DNA from: Eledone cirrhosa
Taxonomy: Eukaryota
Assembly (NCBI GenBank): GCA_964016885.1
Contig: OZ024741.1
Coordinates: forward strand, 334,862,001 to 334,926,000
Direction of reading: 5' to 3'
DNA: 64,000 nucleotides
Shown: positions 27,936 through 40,520 of the stretch, one piece after another
How the letters are laid out: each line of letters opens with the position of its first letter
Position numbering within the stretch: the stretch's first letter is position 1
Translations under genes and position numbers: made by a program
Notes under the pieces: model-generated
Seen by the model: only the letters and a program-made list of their open reading frames with translations
What the model was told of the DNA's origin: nothing
Databases searched by the model: none

Positions 27936-28689
27936 GCTTTAGAGAGTCAAACAAAAAGTATTTGTTTTGCAAGTATTTAGTTATGGATCTTTACATTCTG
28001 ATTTCAAAACTTGCTGAGGTCAACTTTTCCTTTTACCCCTCCTGGGGTCGATTTAACACTTTTATTACCATATCTCATAAAATAACTAAGTTTAGAACAT
28101 TTATTATCAACAATTTCTAAAATGAAATTATGAAGAAATGTTTTAATATAAGGGTAAACATTTAAAAATGAACAGTTTTGTGATGTACATCCTGGCAGGT
28201 TTCAACTGGGTTAGTATCAACTTTGTCCTTCCCTCAAATTGCTGGCTTTGTGCCTAAACTAGAAACCAGTGTCATTAGAGCATCGGACAACATGCTTTAT
28301 GGCATAAAGTTATGGCCCTTTATGATCTGAGTTCAAATCCTGCCAAGGTTAACTTTGCCTTTCATCCTTACGGGATCGATAAAATAAAGTACCATTCACA
28401 CACTGGGGTCGATTTTAATCGACCTTCCCCTCCCCCAAAATTTCTGGCCTTGTGCCTCAGTATTGGTAGAGAGTCGGACGCCATGTTTTCCAGCATAGAG
28501 TTACGTCCCTTTACGGACTGAGTTCAGATCCCGCCGAGGTTAACTTTGCCTCTCATCCTTACGGGGTTGATAAAATAAAGTACCAGTAATTGCTGGCCTT
28601 GTGCCAAAAGTAGAAACAATTATTATCGCTCTGTCATGCAGTGCAGATGGATAATGCAGCAGGGTATTTAGTCATCTGTCAAGTCACAA

Positions 28690-29215
28690 CGAAGACCTCA
28701 GACATATAATACTTTCCTTAAAATGTGTATAGTACCTATCTAAGCCAACCTGTATGATATTTCCGTCGCATTAGGAAGTCTTCAAATTCCAATGGGATTC
28801 ACCCTATTACCCCGATTCCGACTGGTATCACTTTCACATTACCCTCTTGCATTCCAAATAGTCTTTTCAGCTCCAATTTCAATTCAGAGTACTTGGTGAT
28901 TTTTTCAATCTCCTTACTTGCAATATTTGTGTCATGTGGTATGGTCACATCATTGATCTGCCAGTATTTGTCTCTTGTTCAACACAATAATTGTTTCTAC
29001 TTTTGGCACAAGGCCAGCAATTATCCCAGTGTATTACTGGTACTTTATTTTATCGACTCCATAAGGATGAAAGGTAAAGTTAAGCTCGGCGGGATTTGAA
29101 CTCAGATCATAAAGGGTCGTAATTCTTTGCTGCAAAGCAAGGTGTCCAACTCTCTACCGATACTGCCAATCCACCACCCTTGTTCAACACAATAATGTCT
29201 AGTCAACGGTGCTTA
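28690..29215 (-). mobile_element. R4/Dong-like LINE relic (restriction-like endonuclease domain) interrupted by a SINE
   Basis: Minus strand reads KHR*LDIIVLNK / INDVTIPHDTNIASKEIEKITKYSELKLELKRLFG...VKVIPVGIGVIG, matching the RPD..D..P....K..EK..KY..L motif. A family-1 SINE at 28992-29178 is flanked by the 18-bp TSD cttgttcaacacaataat. Confidence 0.8.
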
Positions 29216-29241
29216 ACTATTCTATAAATACATATATATAT

Positions 29242-29549
29242 ATAAAGTTAGTCCTTCATCAGTGATCTTCCAACCATCATTGGTATTTCATCGCTTTAAA
29301 GACCATATACCTCCGGTTGGTGTGAGCAACGGCTAAAAAAAGTCGTTGGGACACGTAAATAAAGGGGATACGAGAGTGTCCCCTTTATTTACGTGTCCCA
29401 ACGACTTTTTTTAGCCATTGCTCACACCAACCGGAGGTATATGGTCTTTAAAGCGATGAAATACCAATGATGGTTGGAAGATCACTGATGAAGGACTAAC
29501 TTTATTCATATGTAACCCATTTGCAACCACGCAGCACGTTTATTCTCAT
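29242..29549. mobile_element. Fold-back element (130-bp arms, GAGA loop, ~44-bp tail) between (TA)n tracts
   Basis: Arms 29242-29371 and 29376-29505, with about 2 mismatches seen. Confidence 0.9.
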
Positions 29550-31019
29550 ATATATATATATATATTTGTGTGTGTATGTATGTAAGAACATTTCATAAGC
29601 TAACAAGATACTGTCATGGAATGACCAAATGAAGTTCCTTTATCAACATAGTCCCGGAAAATAAACAATACAGTTATTAATTAGAAGGGTTTAAATTAAT
29701 GCCTGCTAGATTTCACAGCTCTAACATTTCTCCTTAATAGTCAGCCTATGAACTTACCAGCTAACCCTCATATGTACAAACCCATAACTCCTAGTGGAGC
29801 TGTATGGGAGAGTGTGAGAGAGGGGAAAGGATAAAGAAATATAAAAGAAGAATTAAACCCAGTATTGGTCTGGTACTTTTACTTTTATTGACACACTGAA
29901 AGGATGAAAGGCAAAGTTGATATTAGTGGTATTTTAACTCAGAGAGAGCAGAGAGCCGGAACAAATACCTTAAAGCATTCTATCCAATGTTCTAACGACT
30001 CTGATAATTTGCATCATTGAAATATGAGAGAAGGGCAGAATGAAGGAGAAGAATGGAACTGCGTAGTGATAGTAGCCTGATAGTCTGCTAGATCTTGGGA
30101 TTCATTGAAGGTTTAATCTAAGGGAAATTTGGCTGCTATTTCTAGCAGAGGTCCTCACGTAGTCATTGTATGGTACATATGTCTATTGTGAATGATTCGT
30201 TTTATATATTTTAGATATTGGTAAACTGTTATAAAGTAATTGCATTATAGGAGAAAAAAATAAAGGTTTTATAATTAAGTCAGTTTCTGCATTGTTCCAT
30301 CTTGAGTGTTCACCCACAGAAATGTCCTGTTAATGTGATTGATCAGTTATTGAACACTGACAAGTTCAATAACATAATTTCATCATTAATGGTGGAATAA
30401 ATACCAAGGTAGAACCATGGCTGTGTGTGTGTGTGCGTGTGTTTGACATTTTCATTATCATATTTCTAATAACATACACTGTATTGCAATTTAATTAAGA
30501 ATTTAGAGTGATTTACTAAATTTATTAGTTCATTATTAGGATAGTATTTGGGGCAGTAGATTGGTAGTATTGGTAGAGCATCGGACATCATACTGTGTGG
30601 CATATAGTTACGGCCTTTTACATTCTGATTTCAAATCCTGCTGGGGTTAGCTTTGCCTTTCATCCTTGTGGGCTTGATGGATTAAAGCATCAGTAATACA
30701 CTGGGGTTGATTTAATCAACTTTTCTCTCCACTAAAATTATTAAGAAAGTATTTGTAACATAACTTAAAAGTTTTTATATAAAATTATGTTGGAATGGAA
30801 TGTTTTAATGTAAATAGGAACCATTTAAACGTTTTGATACCAACTCACATGACATCAGCCTTGTTTCAGGATACAGGCTGCTCCTTTCAAACTCTAAAGT
30901 CTATCTCGAGCCTGGTGGCTCATCAGGCCAGTGTTTATCCTGGTTTCCATGGCATTAAGGGAGTGAGAATATAAAGCTCTTCCTGGATAAGACACCATGG
31001 CAAAGATATTGATTCAGAG

Positions 31020-31340
31020 CAGGGCGAGGCTGACTTGCTGGAACAGCCACTCCACCTTGAGGTTACAGTAGACAAGATGAAGACATTGCCCTAGCAGAAG
31101 GTAAAGGAGACTGGCTGGAACAGCCACTCCACCTCATGGTTCTAGTGGATAGGATGGAGAAGACATTGGACTGTCAGAGGGTGAGGTAGATATGCTGGAA
31201 CAGCCATTCTTGTGGTCTTGGTGGAAATGATGGAGAAGTGATTGCCCTGGTAGAGGGTGAGGTAGACGTGTTGGAACAGCCACTCCACCTTGTGATCTTT
31301 GTGAGCAGGATGGAGAAGACATTGCCCTGGAGGATGGCAA
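31020..31340. repeat. ~76-81-bp diverged tandem repeat, 4 copies
   Basis: ggaacagcca recurs at ~31040, 31116, 31197 and 31273, each followed by gatggagaagacattg-like sequence. Confidence 0.85.
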
Positions 31341-31529
31341 AGGATTTATTAAATTCCTTCAATTTTTTTATTATTTTAAAAATTAATTGAAATATTTAGG
31401 CCGTGTATTTCATATTTTGGAAATATGGTAACAAAAGGGTTTCATAGAACCAGACAGAACTAGTTTTTGGCCTGGTTGGTATTAAAAAGGTTAAATTAAG
31501 TTGTAATTGCACATAGATAAAGCTACTTA

Positions 31530-31695
31530 GGGACATATATATGGCTAAGTGGGGACATATGTATGACTAAGTGGGGACATATGTATGGCTAAGTGGGGAC
31601 ATATGTATCACTAAGTGGGGACGTGTATAGCTAAGTATGGTATATAGGTATGGCTAAGTGGACATAGGTATGGCTAAGTAGGGACATAGGTTTGG
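31530..31695. repeat. ~22-bp tandem repeat
   Basis: ggggacatatgtatggctaagt, about 7 copies. Confidence 0.85.
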
Positions 31696-31864
31696 CTTCT
31701 TGGTTCAGAAGTTTGTTATAAAGCCCCCATTTTTGATCAGTTTCAATCTTATTTCATTAGCACATTAGTCAAGTGTCTTCTCCCATTGTCTCATTGTTTC
31801 ATGTCAAACAATACCTTGGGAGTGAAAGTTGATAGATGGAAATAGAAAAGATTCTTATTGTATA

Positions 31865-33006
31865 CTAGCATTAAAGCCCGGCGTTGCTCGGGGTCATTAA
31901 GTTACCAAAGTTAGGTTGCACCACCCATTTTATGGCAGCACTTTTTTGTCTGCCAGGCACTGGGTGAATGAATTGCAGACCTGGAAGCAGGAGCTGCGCC
32001 AGCAGTGACAATTGTAGTTTCGCCTATGGATATTATCTCTGTGCAAAAAAGTGTTGAAATTTATTGTTTCTCAGTACTTGCGCAACACGCGCGTAGATGA
32101 TGCCAGCCGAACAACAGAGCTGCGATGGAGTTGTTCTGCATGGTTGTCTGTGTGTTTTCTAAATTTAAGACAGTAGGGAGGGTTGTGATATGAGGGAGAG
32201 TTAGCTGTTGCTTCTAGCAGGTTTAGTGACCTCATAGAGGATATGTGTTTTCTAAATTTAAGACAGTAGGGAGTGGTGTGATATGGAGGAGAGTTAGCTG
32301 CTGTTTCTAGCAGGTTTAGTAACCTCATAGAGGATATGTGTTTTCTAAATTTAAGACAGTAGGGAGTGGTGTGATATGGGGGAGAGTTAGCTGCTGTTTC
32401 TAGCAGGTTTAGTGACCTCATAGAAGATATGTTTTCTAAATTTAAGACATTAGGGAGGGGTGTGGTATGGGGGAGAGTTAGCTGCTGTTTCTAGCAGGTT
32501 TAGTGACCTCATAGAGGATATTATTGTTTATCATTATCTATAAAAGGCAGATTGTTGTTGTTGTTGTTGAAGTGAGTGTGTGTTTGTATGCGTTTGGAAA
32601 AGAGGTTTTAAAAAAGATTTATCGCTTGTTGTTGAATAAATGTATCTGTATAAAAGAGAAAGTAGCAAAATGTGTGGGTTGTAGTTAGAGATAAGCAGAT
32701 GATATGAGAGAGTAAAACGGACAGTATCACCATCAAGCTTGGAAAGAGAAAGTAGCAGAAAGTATGAAGTTGTATAGATTTTGAATGGTAGTGGAAAGAG
32801 TTTAGCAGTTTAAATGACAGAGAAAAATCGTAAAATATTGAGTTTTATCTATTTTTTGCGTAATTGTGGGTGAAATTGAAAAAATTATCTGTGCCAAGAC
32901 GCAATCGAAGCTATTTCGAATACTGAATTGTAAATTTCAATTAAAGAAATTCTATATCGTAGATTTCTATAAGAAAGGAGCATGACCACACACTGAGCTT
33001 TATAGA
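31865..33006 (-). mobile_element. Non-autonomous Helitron with an internal 93-bp tandem repeat
   Basis: On the minus strand: 5' TCtataaag (less certain end), and 3' hairpin gaccccgagcaacgccggg then ctttaatgCTAG, inserted at A|T. Four 93-bp units at ~32152-32521. Confidence 0.75.
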
Positions 33007-33059
33007 TTATGATACATATATATTAGTGTGGAAGATGGACGTTAAACGATGATGATGAT

Positions 33060-34350
33060 GTGCTTTCCATAGCTTTTGTTGATATCGAAAAGGTCTTTAA
33101 CAGAGTACCTCAATCCATCATCTGGTGGTCCTTAAGGAAATTAGGTGTAGAAGAATTGCTTGTGAGAACAGCGAAAGTCATGTACAGAGAAGCTGTCAGT
33201 AAAGTGAGTGTAGGAAGTGAGTTAAGTGAGGAATTCAAGGTATAAGTAGGACTGCATCAAGTTTAGGTTATTAGCCTACTGCTGTGCATCATAGTGATAA
33301 CAGAGGAATTTAAATCTGGCTGTCCATTAGAACTTATCTATGCAGATGATCTGGTCCTTATAGCTAAATCCATAAAAGAACTAGTTCCCACTATGGAAAC
33401 AGAATTTGGAATCAAAGAGTCTGAGAATAAACTTAGCCAAAACTAAAGTGCTAGTGAGTAAGAAAGAAGATAGGACCCTGATTCATTCAGGGAAGTGGCA
33501 CTGTTCCATATGTAGAAAAGGAGTAGGCACAACCACCATATGGTGTACAAATCTTGGTTTCACAAGAGATGTAGTGGGATAACAGGTAGACTAAGAGGAA
33601 AAGAAGACTTTGTATGTAGAAGATGCACAAGGGTAATCAAGAGAAGAGCATCAGTGATATAAACCTCTTCAAGTCACTGCAAAGGTTTATAAAAGAGGTT
33701 GGTAGCTTCTGCTATCTAGGTGACTTAATTATCAGCAGAGAAGGGTGCTCTGAGAGCATAATTGCTAAAATAAGGATAAGATGGAAGAAGTTTAGAGAGC
33801 TACTCCTTCACCAACACTACACCTGATCTCCTGCTTCCATACACACGCACACATGTATATCATGACTCATACACTGTTCACTTTCCTAACATTTTTACAT
33901 TATTCTATGTACTATACATGCACCTTTGATGAGTTGCAGTGCACCTGAGCACTGTACACAATAATTTCAATATTTATTATTAAAAGATTTCTTCCTGTGT
34001 ACAAAAGGACGATTGTAGGATGCCTCTGTGCAAAGTGTGATGCTGTATGGTAGTGAAACATTGGCAGTGACTGCAGAAGACAAGCATAGACTGGAGAGAA
34101 ATGAAGCAGCCATGCTTCATTGGATGTGCAATGTAAATGTGAGAGAAAGGCAGAACTTGGATGAACTGAAAGAGAAGCTGGGTTTCAGAGGAATCTGTGA
34201 TGGTGTGCAGAAAAGAATACTGCATTGGTATGGACATGTGATGTGCATAGATGATGATCGATAGGTGAAAATGTGCCAGGAAATGCCAGTGGAAGGAAGC
34301 CACAATAGAGAAAGACCTGACCAGAGGTGACCTCAGATTGCTGAGACTCA
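33060..34350 (+). mobile_element. RTE-clade LINE, decayed reverse transcriptase and C-terminal region
   Basis: AFVDIEKVFNRVP..IWWSLRKLGV, ELIYADDLVLIA (~33330-33365), FCYLGD, SVMLYGSET, LHWYGHVM. Multiple stops and frameshifts. Interrupted at ~33805-33980 by another repeat 3' end (gcacctgagcactgtacacaataatt, also at 11405-11440(-) and 62400-62430). Confidence 0.9.
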
Positions 34351-34875
34351 CAGAAGATATGTATGTGTATGTATATGTATGTATGTATGTGTATATGTAT
34401 GTATGTATGTGTATGTATATGCATGTGTATATATGTATGTATGTATATATGTATATGTATGAGTATATCTATGTATGTATATGTACGTGTATGTATGTGT
34501 ATTTATATGTATGTGTATGTATGTGTATATACACATATATGTATATATATATACGTGTGTGTGTATGTGTGTACTCTGTTTGTGTAGATAGAACACTGTA
34601 TGAGTGCTGAGTAGACACAAATAAAGAAAGCATCTAGAGTGAATTAATGTAAACTGCTTGATGATGGTGGTGTTGGGGACATTAAGGTATTATTGGATTG
34701 GTATTCTAGTGGACACAAACACACATGGGCACCTGTATAGATATACACACACACACACATACACACATGTATAGACACACACATATATAGATATGCACGC
34801 ACGTGCATGAGTGTGTCTCCTTTTGTGTATATATATATATATATATTTATATATTTATACATATATATATATATG

Positions 34876-34911
<36 letters not shown>

Positions 34912-35048
34912 CATTTATATGTGTGTGTATATGCATATATAGACTGCACACATATTCTATTAAGTACACATACACACACATATATATACACACACACACA
35001 TGCATGAGTGTCTCCTTTTGTCTTTATATATATATCATCGCCATCATC

Positions 35049-35190
<142 letters not shown>

Positions 35191-35705
35191 ATGCATATAT
35201 AGACTGCACACATATTCCATTAAGTACATATAAATACAAACACACATATGGTCACATGTATGTGTGTCTCCTCTTCTATCTCTTTATATATATGTGTGTG
35301 TGTATGGATGTATACTTTAACTATACATTTCATTAAGTATACACACACACTTGCACAGACACTTATTCGATACTCACTTACATGCACACACGCTCACACA
35401 GAATCACACATGCATATTCATAAAAACATGAAAGGTTCATACACTTGTACAAGCACACAGGCATATACATGCACATACACACAGGCATACACATACAGGC
35501 ACATAAACGCAAATACACACACGTCTTCTTTTCTCTCTCTTTGTGTGTACATATGCATATATAGATTAAATACATATTTCATTAACATGCACACACACAC
35601 ACAGAATCTCACACACATACACAAGTGTCTCCTTTTCTCTCTCTTTGTGTATGTGGATATATATATATATATATACACATATATATGCATATATATGCAT
35701 ATATA

Positions 35706-35749
<44 letters not shown>

Positions 35750-37080
35750 TCTAACCCATGCTAACAAGGAAGAACGGACGTAAAACGGTGATGATGGTGA
35801 TGATGATGCATATATAGATAAATACATATTTCATTAACCCCCCACACACACACACACACACATACACAGGAAGCAGGCACCATCACACTATATTCACTCA
35901 CTCACACACAGAGGCACTGGCGTACACACATACACAAATGTGTTTCCTTTTCTCACTCTTTGTGTGTGTGTATGTGTATATAGATTAAATATATATTTCA
36001 TTAACACACATACAAAACATGCACCAATGCAATACATTCACTTACACACAAATACACACATACAAAACATGTGCCAACGCAATACATTTACTCACACATG
36101 CACACACACAAAACATATACTCACACACACACACATATACACACATACACACACAAAGACAGAGATAATTTAAGAAAGTTGGGGACATTGAAGTTGATAA
36201 AGTATTATTGCATTATGACACCATTAATGGGAAGCAGTGATTCATGGTATCAGTAGAATTAGAGTAGAAACAAGGAGACAAGGAACACTCTTTCTTACCA
36301 TTCATGCTTCGATGATTCTCTACATTCCACATGGAATGACTTCCTTGCACCAACTCCACTCCATTGCTAGAATAGATTTTACTAAGGCATGGTTGAGTGG
36401 TTAAGACATTTTGTTGGTTTTATTTCACCGCCACATGGCTTCTGGTTCAATCCCTCTCTGCAGTTCTATGAAACGGTTTCTTTGCACCAAGACTACTCTA
36501 TTTCTTGAATTGATTTTACCAAGACATGGTTGAGTGGTTAAGACGTTTTGTTTGTTTGTTTTATTTCACTGCTTTTGCTTCCTTTTCACTGTTGTAACAC
36601 CTTGAAAAGTAGTTTGAATAACCAGCAACATGAAACACACAAGTTACAACCAAATCTCAGTTTTTCCTGTCATTGAATCCTTATGAATAAATTATACAGC
36701 TACCAGATTTGTACATGAATATCTATCTTTAAAAGTGACCTTGAGCATGAAAGCCAAAACCCATGACTTCATGATGTAGCTTCATAATGATTTTCAGCAT
36801 GAAACCCCAAGCCTTTCACTCCTTTGTGTGTCTTCATATTGACGTTTAGCACAAAACTTCAGGCTTTTGAATTGTTGTAGGCCCACAGCTATAATATACT
36901 ATACATCACAGTACTTGTGTAGTGGTTTTCATTTTTCCTGCTTGTGCTGCCATATATGTGCATATATATATATACATATATGTATTCCAGTCTTCTCAAC
37001 AAGAAAGATGAACAAACTTGCCTCAAAACTTTAATTTTTAACTTTTAATTCTTTTTAATTTTTTTTAATTGTGATACTCA

Positions 37081-37126
37081 ACATTTGATAAGATGGATTT
37101 TACTAATAAATCGAAACCGGTTATAT
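37081..37126 (+). ncRNA. Degenerate hammerhead-like motif
   Basis: TTGATAA-gatg-GATTT-tactaat-AAATC-GAAA-CCGG-TT. Palindromic stem III ACCGGT, two core substitutions. Confidence 0.35.
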
Positions 37127-37354
37127 ATTATATACATTATAAAACTCTTTTTTAAAAGAATTGTCTCTCTCATTTTTTCAATAACGTCACTTTGACGAAT
37201 CAAAGAAAGAAAATAAAAAAGAAAAACAGGCCCTTAAATATATTTTCCGTGCTAAAATTTCACCTTTTCTCTCTATATATATATATGACCTATGCTAGCA
37301 TGGAAAAATGGTCATAAAACGATGATGATGATGAAAATATATATATATATATAA

Positions 37355-37565
37355 TTTGTTTTGCAAGGTTTTTGATATGAAATCGTGTCTCGAAACAAAT
37401 ATTGTTATACTTGGGGAGGGTTATATTGTTATAATATTGCCAGAAATAATAACAGAACATACTCACTGTTTGGTTTGGGTTGGTTTTCGCTTCTGTATCT
37501 TTTATATCTCCATAGTTAATTTATCTGGCAATCAATGTTTATCATTGTTTGACCAACAGTTAAAA
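37355..37565 (-). mobile_element. Family C element fragment between (TA)n tracts
   Basis: ttttgcaaggttttt...tattgttatacttggggaggg is shared with 50012-50140 and 52265-52740. Confidence 0.7.
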
Positions 37566-37675
37566 ATGTATATATAAATATATATATATATATATATAGT
37601 CTATCAAAGTTTTTTTGTCACACATCTGCGACATCATCAGTGACCATGCCAACGTAGTCTTCTCTCGAGTAAACA

Positions 37676-37718
<43 letters not shown>

Positions 37719-37790
37719 TGTAGTTGATATGTAGTTGACAGATGAGAGAAAAGTGTTCTCAATACAGATGCATTGACTAAATAGTGAGAC

Positions 37791-37837
37791 TTGTTACTCT
37801 GGTGTTTCACCTGTGCACATACAGGATCATCAGACAA
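37791..37837 (-). ncRNA. Minimal type I hammerhead ribozyme (left arm of hairpin 37777-37904)
   Basis: Minus strand reads ttgt-CTGATGA-t-CCTGT-atgtgc-ACAGG-t-GAAA-caccagag-TA^-acaa. The plus-strand mirror copy (37843-37891) has AAAA in place of GAAA and a decayed stem II. Confidence 0.7.
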
Positions 37838-38087
37838 AACTTCTTGTCTGATGATTCAGTGAGTGTGTAGATAAAACTCCTGAGTAACAAGACTCACTAT
37901 TTAGCCATAATAAATGAATATATATATATTTGAGAATAGCATTTTTTATTTTGTGTATTGTTTTGCCCCCCACCTAAACTGTTACATTTATAATTGTTTT
38001 TTTAAATTCCTTTTATTAATATCTTTCTCTTTTTTTCTTATATTTCAGAGTTATTCAATTATCTCTCCAAAGTCCTACACAACAAAT

Positions 38088-40520
38088 ATGAATTCCAATC
38101 ACAAATGGCTTGAAATGTTTGTCCAGATTGTTGTGCTACAAATATTTTACCAAGCCTGCCTCTGCACCGATTTTATTTATTATGTTAAAGAAGGCAGAAG
38201 TCCAAACAGTTATCTTGGTGATATTGCAACAGATACACATCTGATGGATAGTATATTGTCCAAAGACTACAGCTCGATACGCTTTAACCAACTACAGAAA
38301 AATGTCCACAGTGATAATAAATTATTTAAGGTCACTAATACAGGGAAAATATTCACAGCTCAAACATTAGATGCTGAATCTCTGTGTAAATATAACACTG
38401 AATGCTTCAGAATGGTCGATGTTGCCGTTCAGAAAGACCAATCATTCTTTAAAATATTGGAGATTAAAGTTGTCATAGAAGATGCCAATGACCACCAGCC
38501 AGAATTTCCAAGCAAACATATCAATCTCAAGTTCTCTGATGGAGATAAAAAAGGGACCATGAGATCAATTCCTAATGCTATTGACAGGGATATTAGTGTG
38601 AAAAATTCACAAATCTCCTACCAACTGAAGGAAGATAGTAATGCATTGTTTACCTTAAGTTTTTCTAAGAGATTTGATGGATCCTACAATCTTGGGATTA
38701 AATTAGAGAAAGAAATCGATCGAGAAGTCAAAGATACTTACACACTGCAAGTTATAGCAAACGATGGTGGGTCTCCACCAAAAGAAGGAGTTTTAAGTAT
38801 ACAGATTTCAGTGACAGATGTCAATGATAACCCTCCTATATACCCACAGAATTCTTATAATGTTACTGTCAACAATCAGTACCAGAAAAATAAATTGGTT
38901 ATTGCTTTACATGCAACTGATCTTGATGCCGATAAAAATGGTAGAGTCTCCTACCACTTTAGTTCAAAAACTTCAGATACGGCTCAGTTACAATTTCGAT
39001 TGGATGAAATTACTGGAGAAATATTTCTCCGTGAAGATTTCCTCTATGATAAACGTCAGACATATGAATTATATGTGGAAGCCACTGATGGAGGAAACCC
39101 TCCTCTCACTTCTGTTACTATGGTACTTGTCAATGTTGTCAACCAACAAAATAACGCTCCCATTATTGAAATGAACTTTGTATCCAAATCTTCTGACAAT
39201 GTCGCCACCATATCGGAAGGCATGAAGGTGGGAAGCTTTATTGCATATATAAAGGTTTCTGACAATGATGTAGGCAAGAATGGAGATGTTGTGTGTAACC
39301 TTCATCATGATAAATTTAAGCTTCAAAGTCTTGGCAAAAATAAATATAAAGTCATCCTCAAGAATTTAGTTGATAGAGAAAAAGAAAGTCACATTGAATT
39401 CATAATCATTTGCCAAGACAAAGGATCACCAGCAATGAAGACAGAACAGAAATTCTCTATCCAAGTAATTGATGTTAATGATGTACAGCCACAATTTACA
39501 AAAGAAACATTTAAATTTCTCACATACGAAAATGAAGATCCTAGTTTCCCTGTAGGGTTTATTAATGCAACTGATCCTGATCTTGGCCCTGGAGGAAAAC
39601 TTACCTATTCTCTCCTAAAGATCCGAGAACAAGCTTTCCCTTTCCAAATTTCTGATGTTGGATTTATTTTAACAACTCAGTCAATGGATAGAGAGAGACA
39701 AGAAATCTACAAATTTCAAGTTTTTGTCAGAGACAATGGGAATCCATCATTAAACAACACAGCAAATGTTATTGTTGAAGTCATGGATGAAAATGACAAT
39801 GCCCCTTATTTCATATTCCCCAGTGTTAACCCTTTTAGTTTAGATGTCCACTACCATCCACAGAGCAAAAATGACATTACAGTTTTGAAAGCTTCTGACA
39901 GAGACAGACGTCAAAATGCTTTTCTGAAGTATGAAATTCTTGGTGGTAATGACAAACATCTGTTTGCAATAAACCAATTTTCAGGTGTTTTGTCATTTAC
40001 TCGCACAGTTTACCAAAATGACGCTGGGTCATATGATCTTAAATTAGCTGTTAAAGACAGTGGTACTCCTGTTTTATCAGCTACAACTACTTTATTTTTA
40101 ACACTGTCTGTTAGCAATAAGACGTCCACAATGTTCACCACAGTGAATACACAATCAGATGACAAGATACACATCAATTTATTTATAATTATTGTTGTAG
40201 CTGCTGTGACGATATCAGTAGTTTTTGTTGTAGCAATAACAATATGTATTGTTAAAAGTAACCATCAGAGAAACTCAGACTACTCTAATGAAGTTGATAA
40301 TGCTGATAAATTCTTGGATGAAAACAGACAAACTGAATATTTTTGTGAGCCAATGTGTTCACAATATGATGTACCAGCTGCAATATCAGAAGAGGCAAAA
40401 TCTAAAGCACTTCAACCAATCCAGTTAAAAGCAGATGCTCATTCTCGATTTGACTCAGGTCACAAGAAGAGTTTGTTCACTGGTGTTTACTGTACAGCAA
40501 CTACAGAACTAGCAAACCAA
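38088..40520 (+). CDS. Protocadherin, large ectodomain+TM exon (811 codons from ATG 38088 to the splice donor)
   Basis: Part of the 886-aa ORF 37914-40574. Polypyrimidine acceptor ttttttttcttatatttcAG ends at 38048. Signal-peptide-like MNSNHKWLEMFVQIVVLQIFYQACLC. Six cadherin repeats with LDAE/IDRE/VDRE/MDRE and DxNDxxP linkers (DANDHQP, DVNDNPP, DVNDVQP, DENDNAP). EC1 has CKYNTEC. TM is INLFIIIVVAAVTISVVFVVAITICIV. Donor CAA|GTAAGT at 40520/40521 (phase 0). Confidence 0.95.

Noticed and set aside
27493-27942. 149-aa hydrophobic ORF resembling a membrane protein
   Set aside because: It is a trinucleotide (GAT/GGT) repeat.
29484-29510. ctgatgaaggac as a hammerhead core
   Set aside because: No closing stem II or GAAA follows on either arm, so it was not called as a ribozyme.
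32071-32421. 116-aa ORF with 31-aa repeats
   Set aside because: It is the translation of the 93-bp tandem array inside a non-autonomous Helitron.
37914-38087. N-terminal 58 aa of the 886-aa ORF
   Set aside because: It runs through a polypyrimidine tract and splice acceptor (AG 38047-38048). The signal-peptide-bearing start is ATG 38088, or possibly the next Met.
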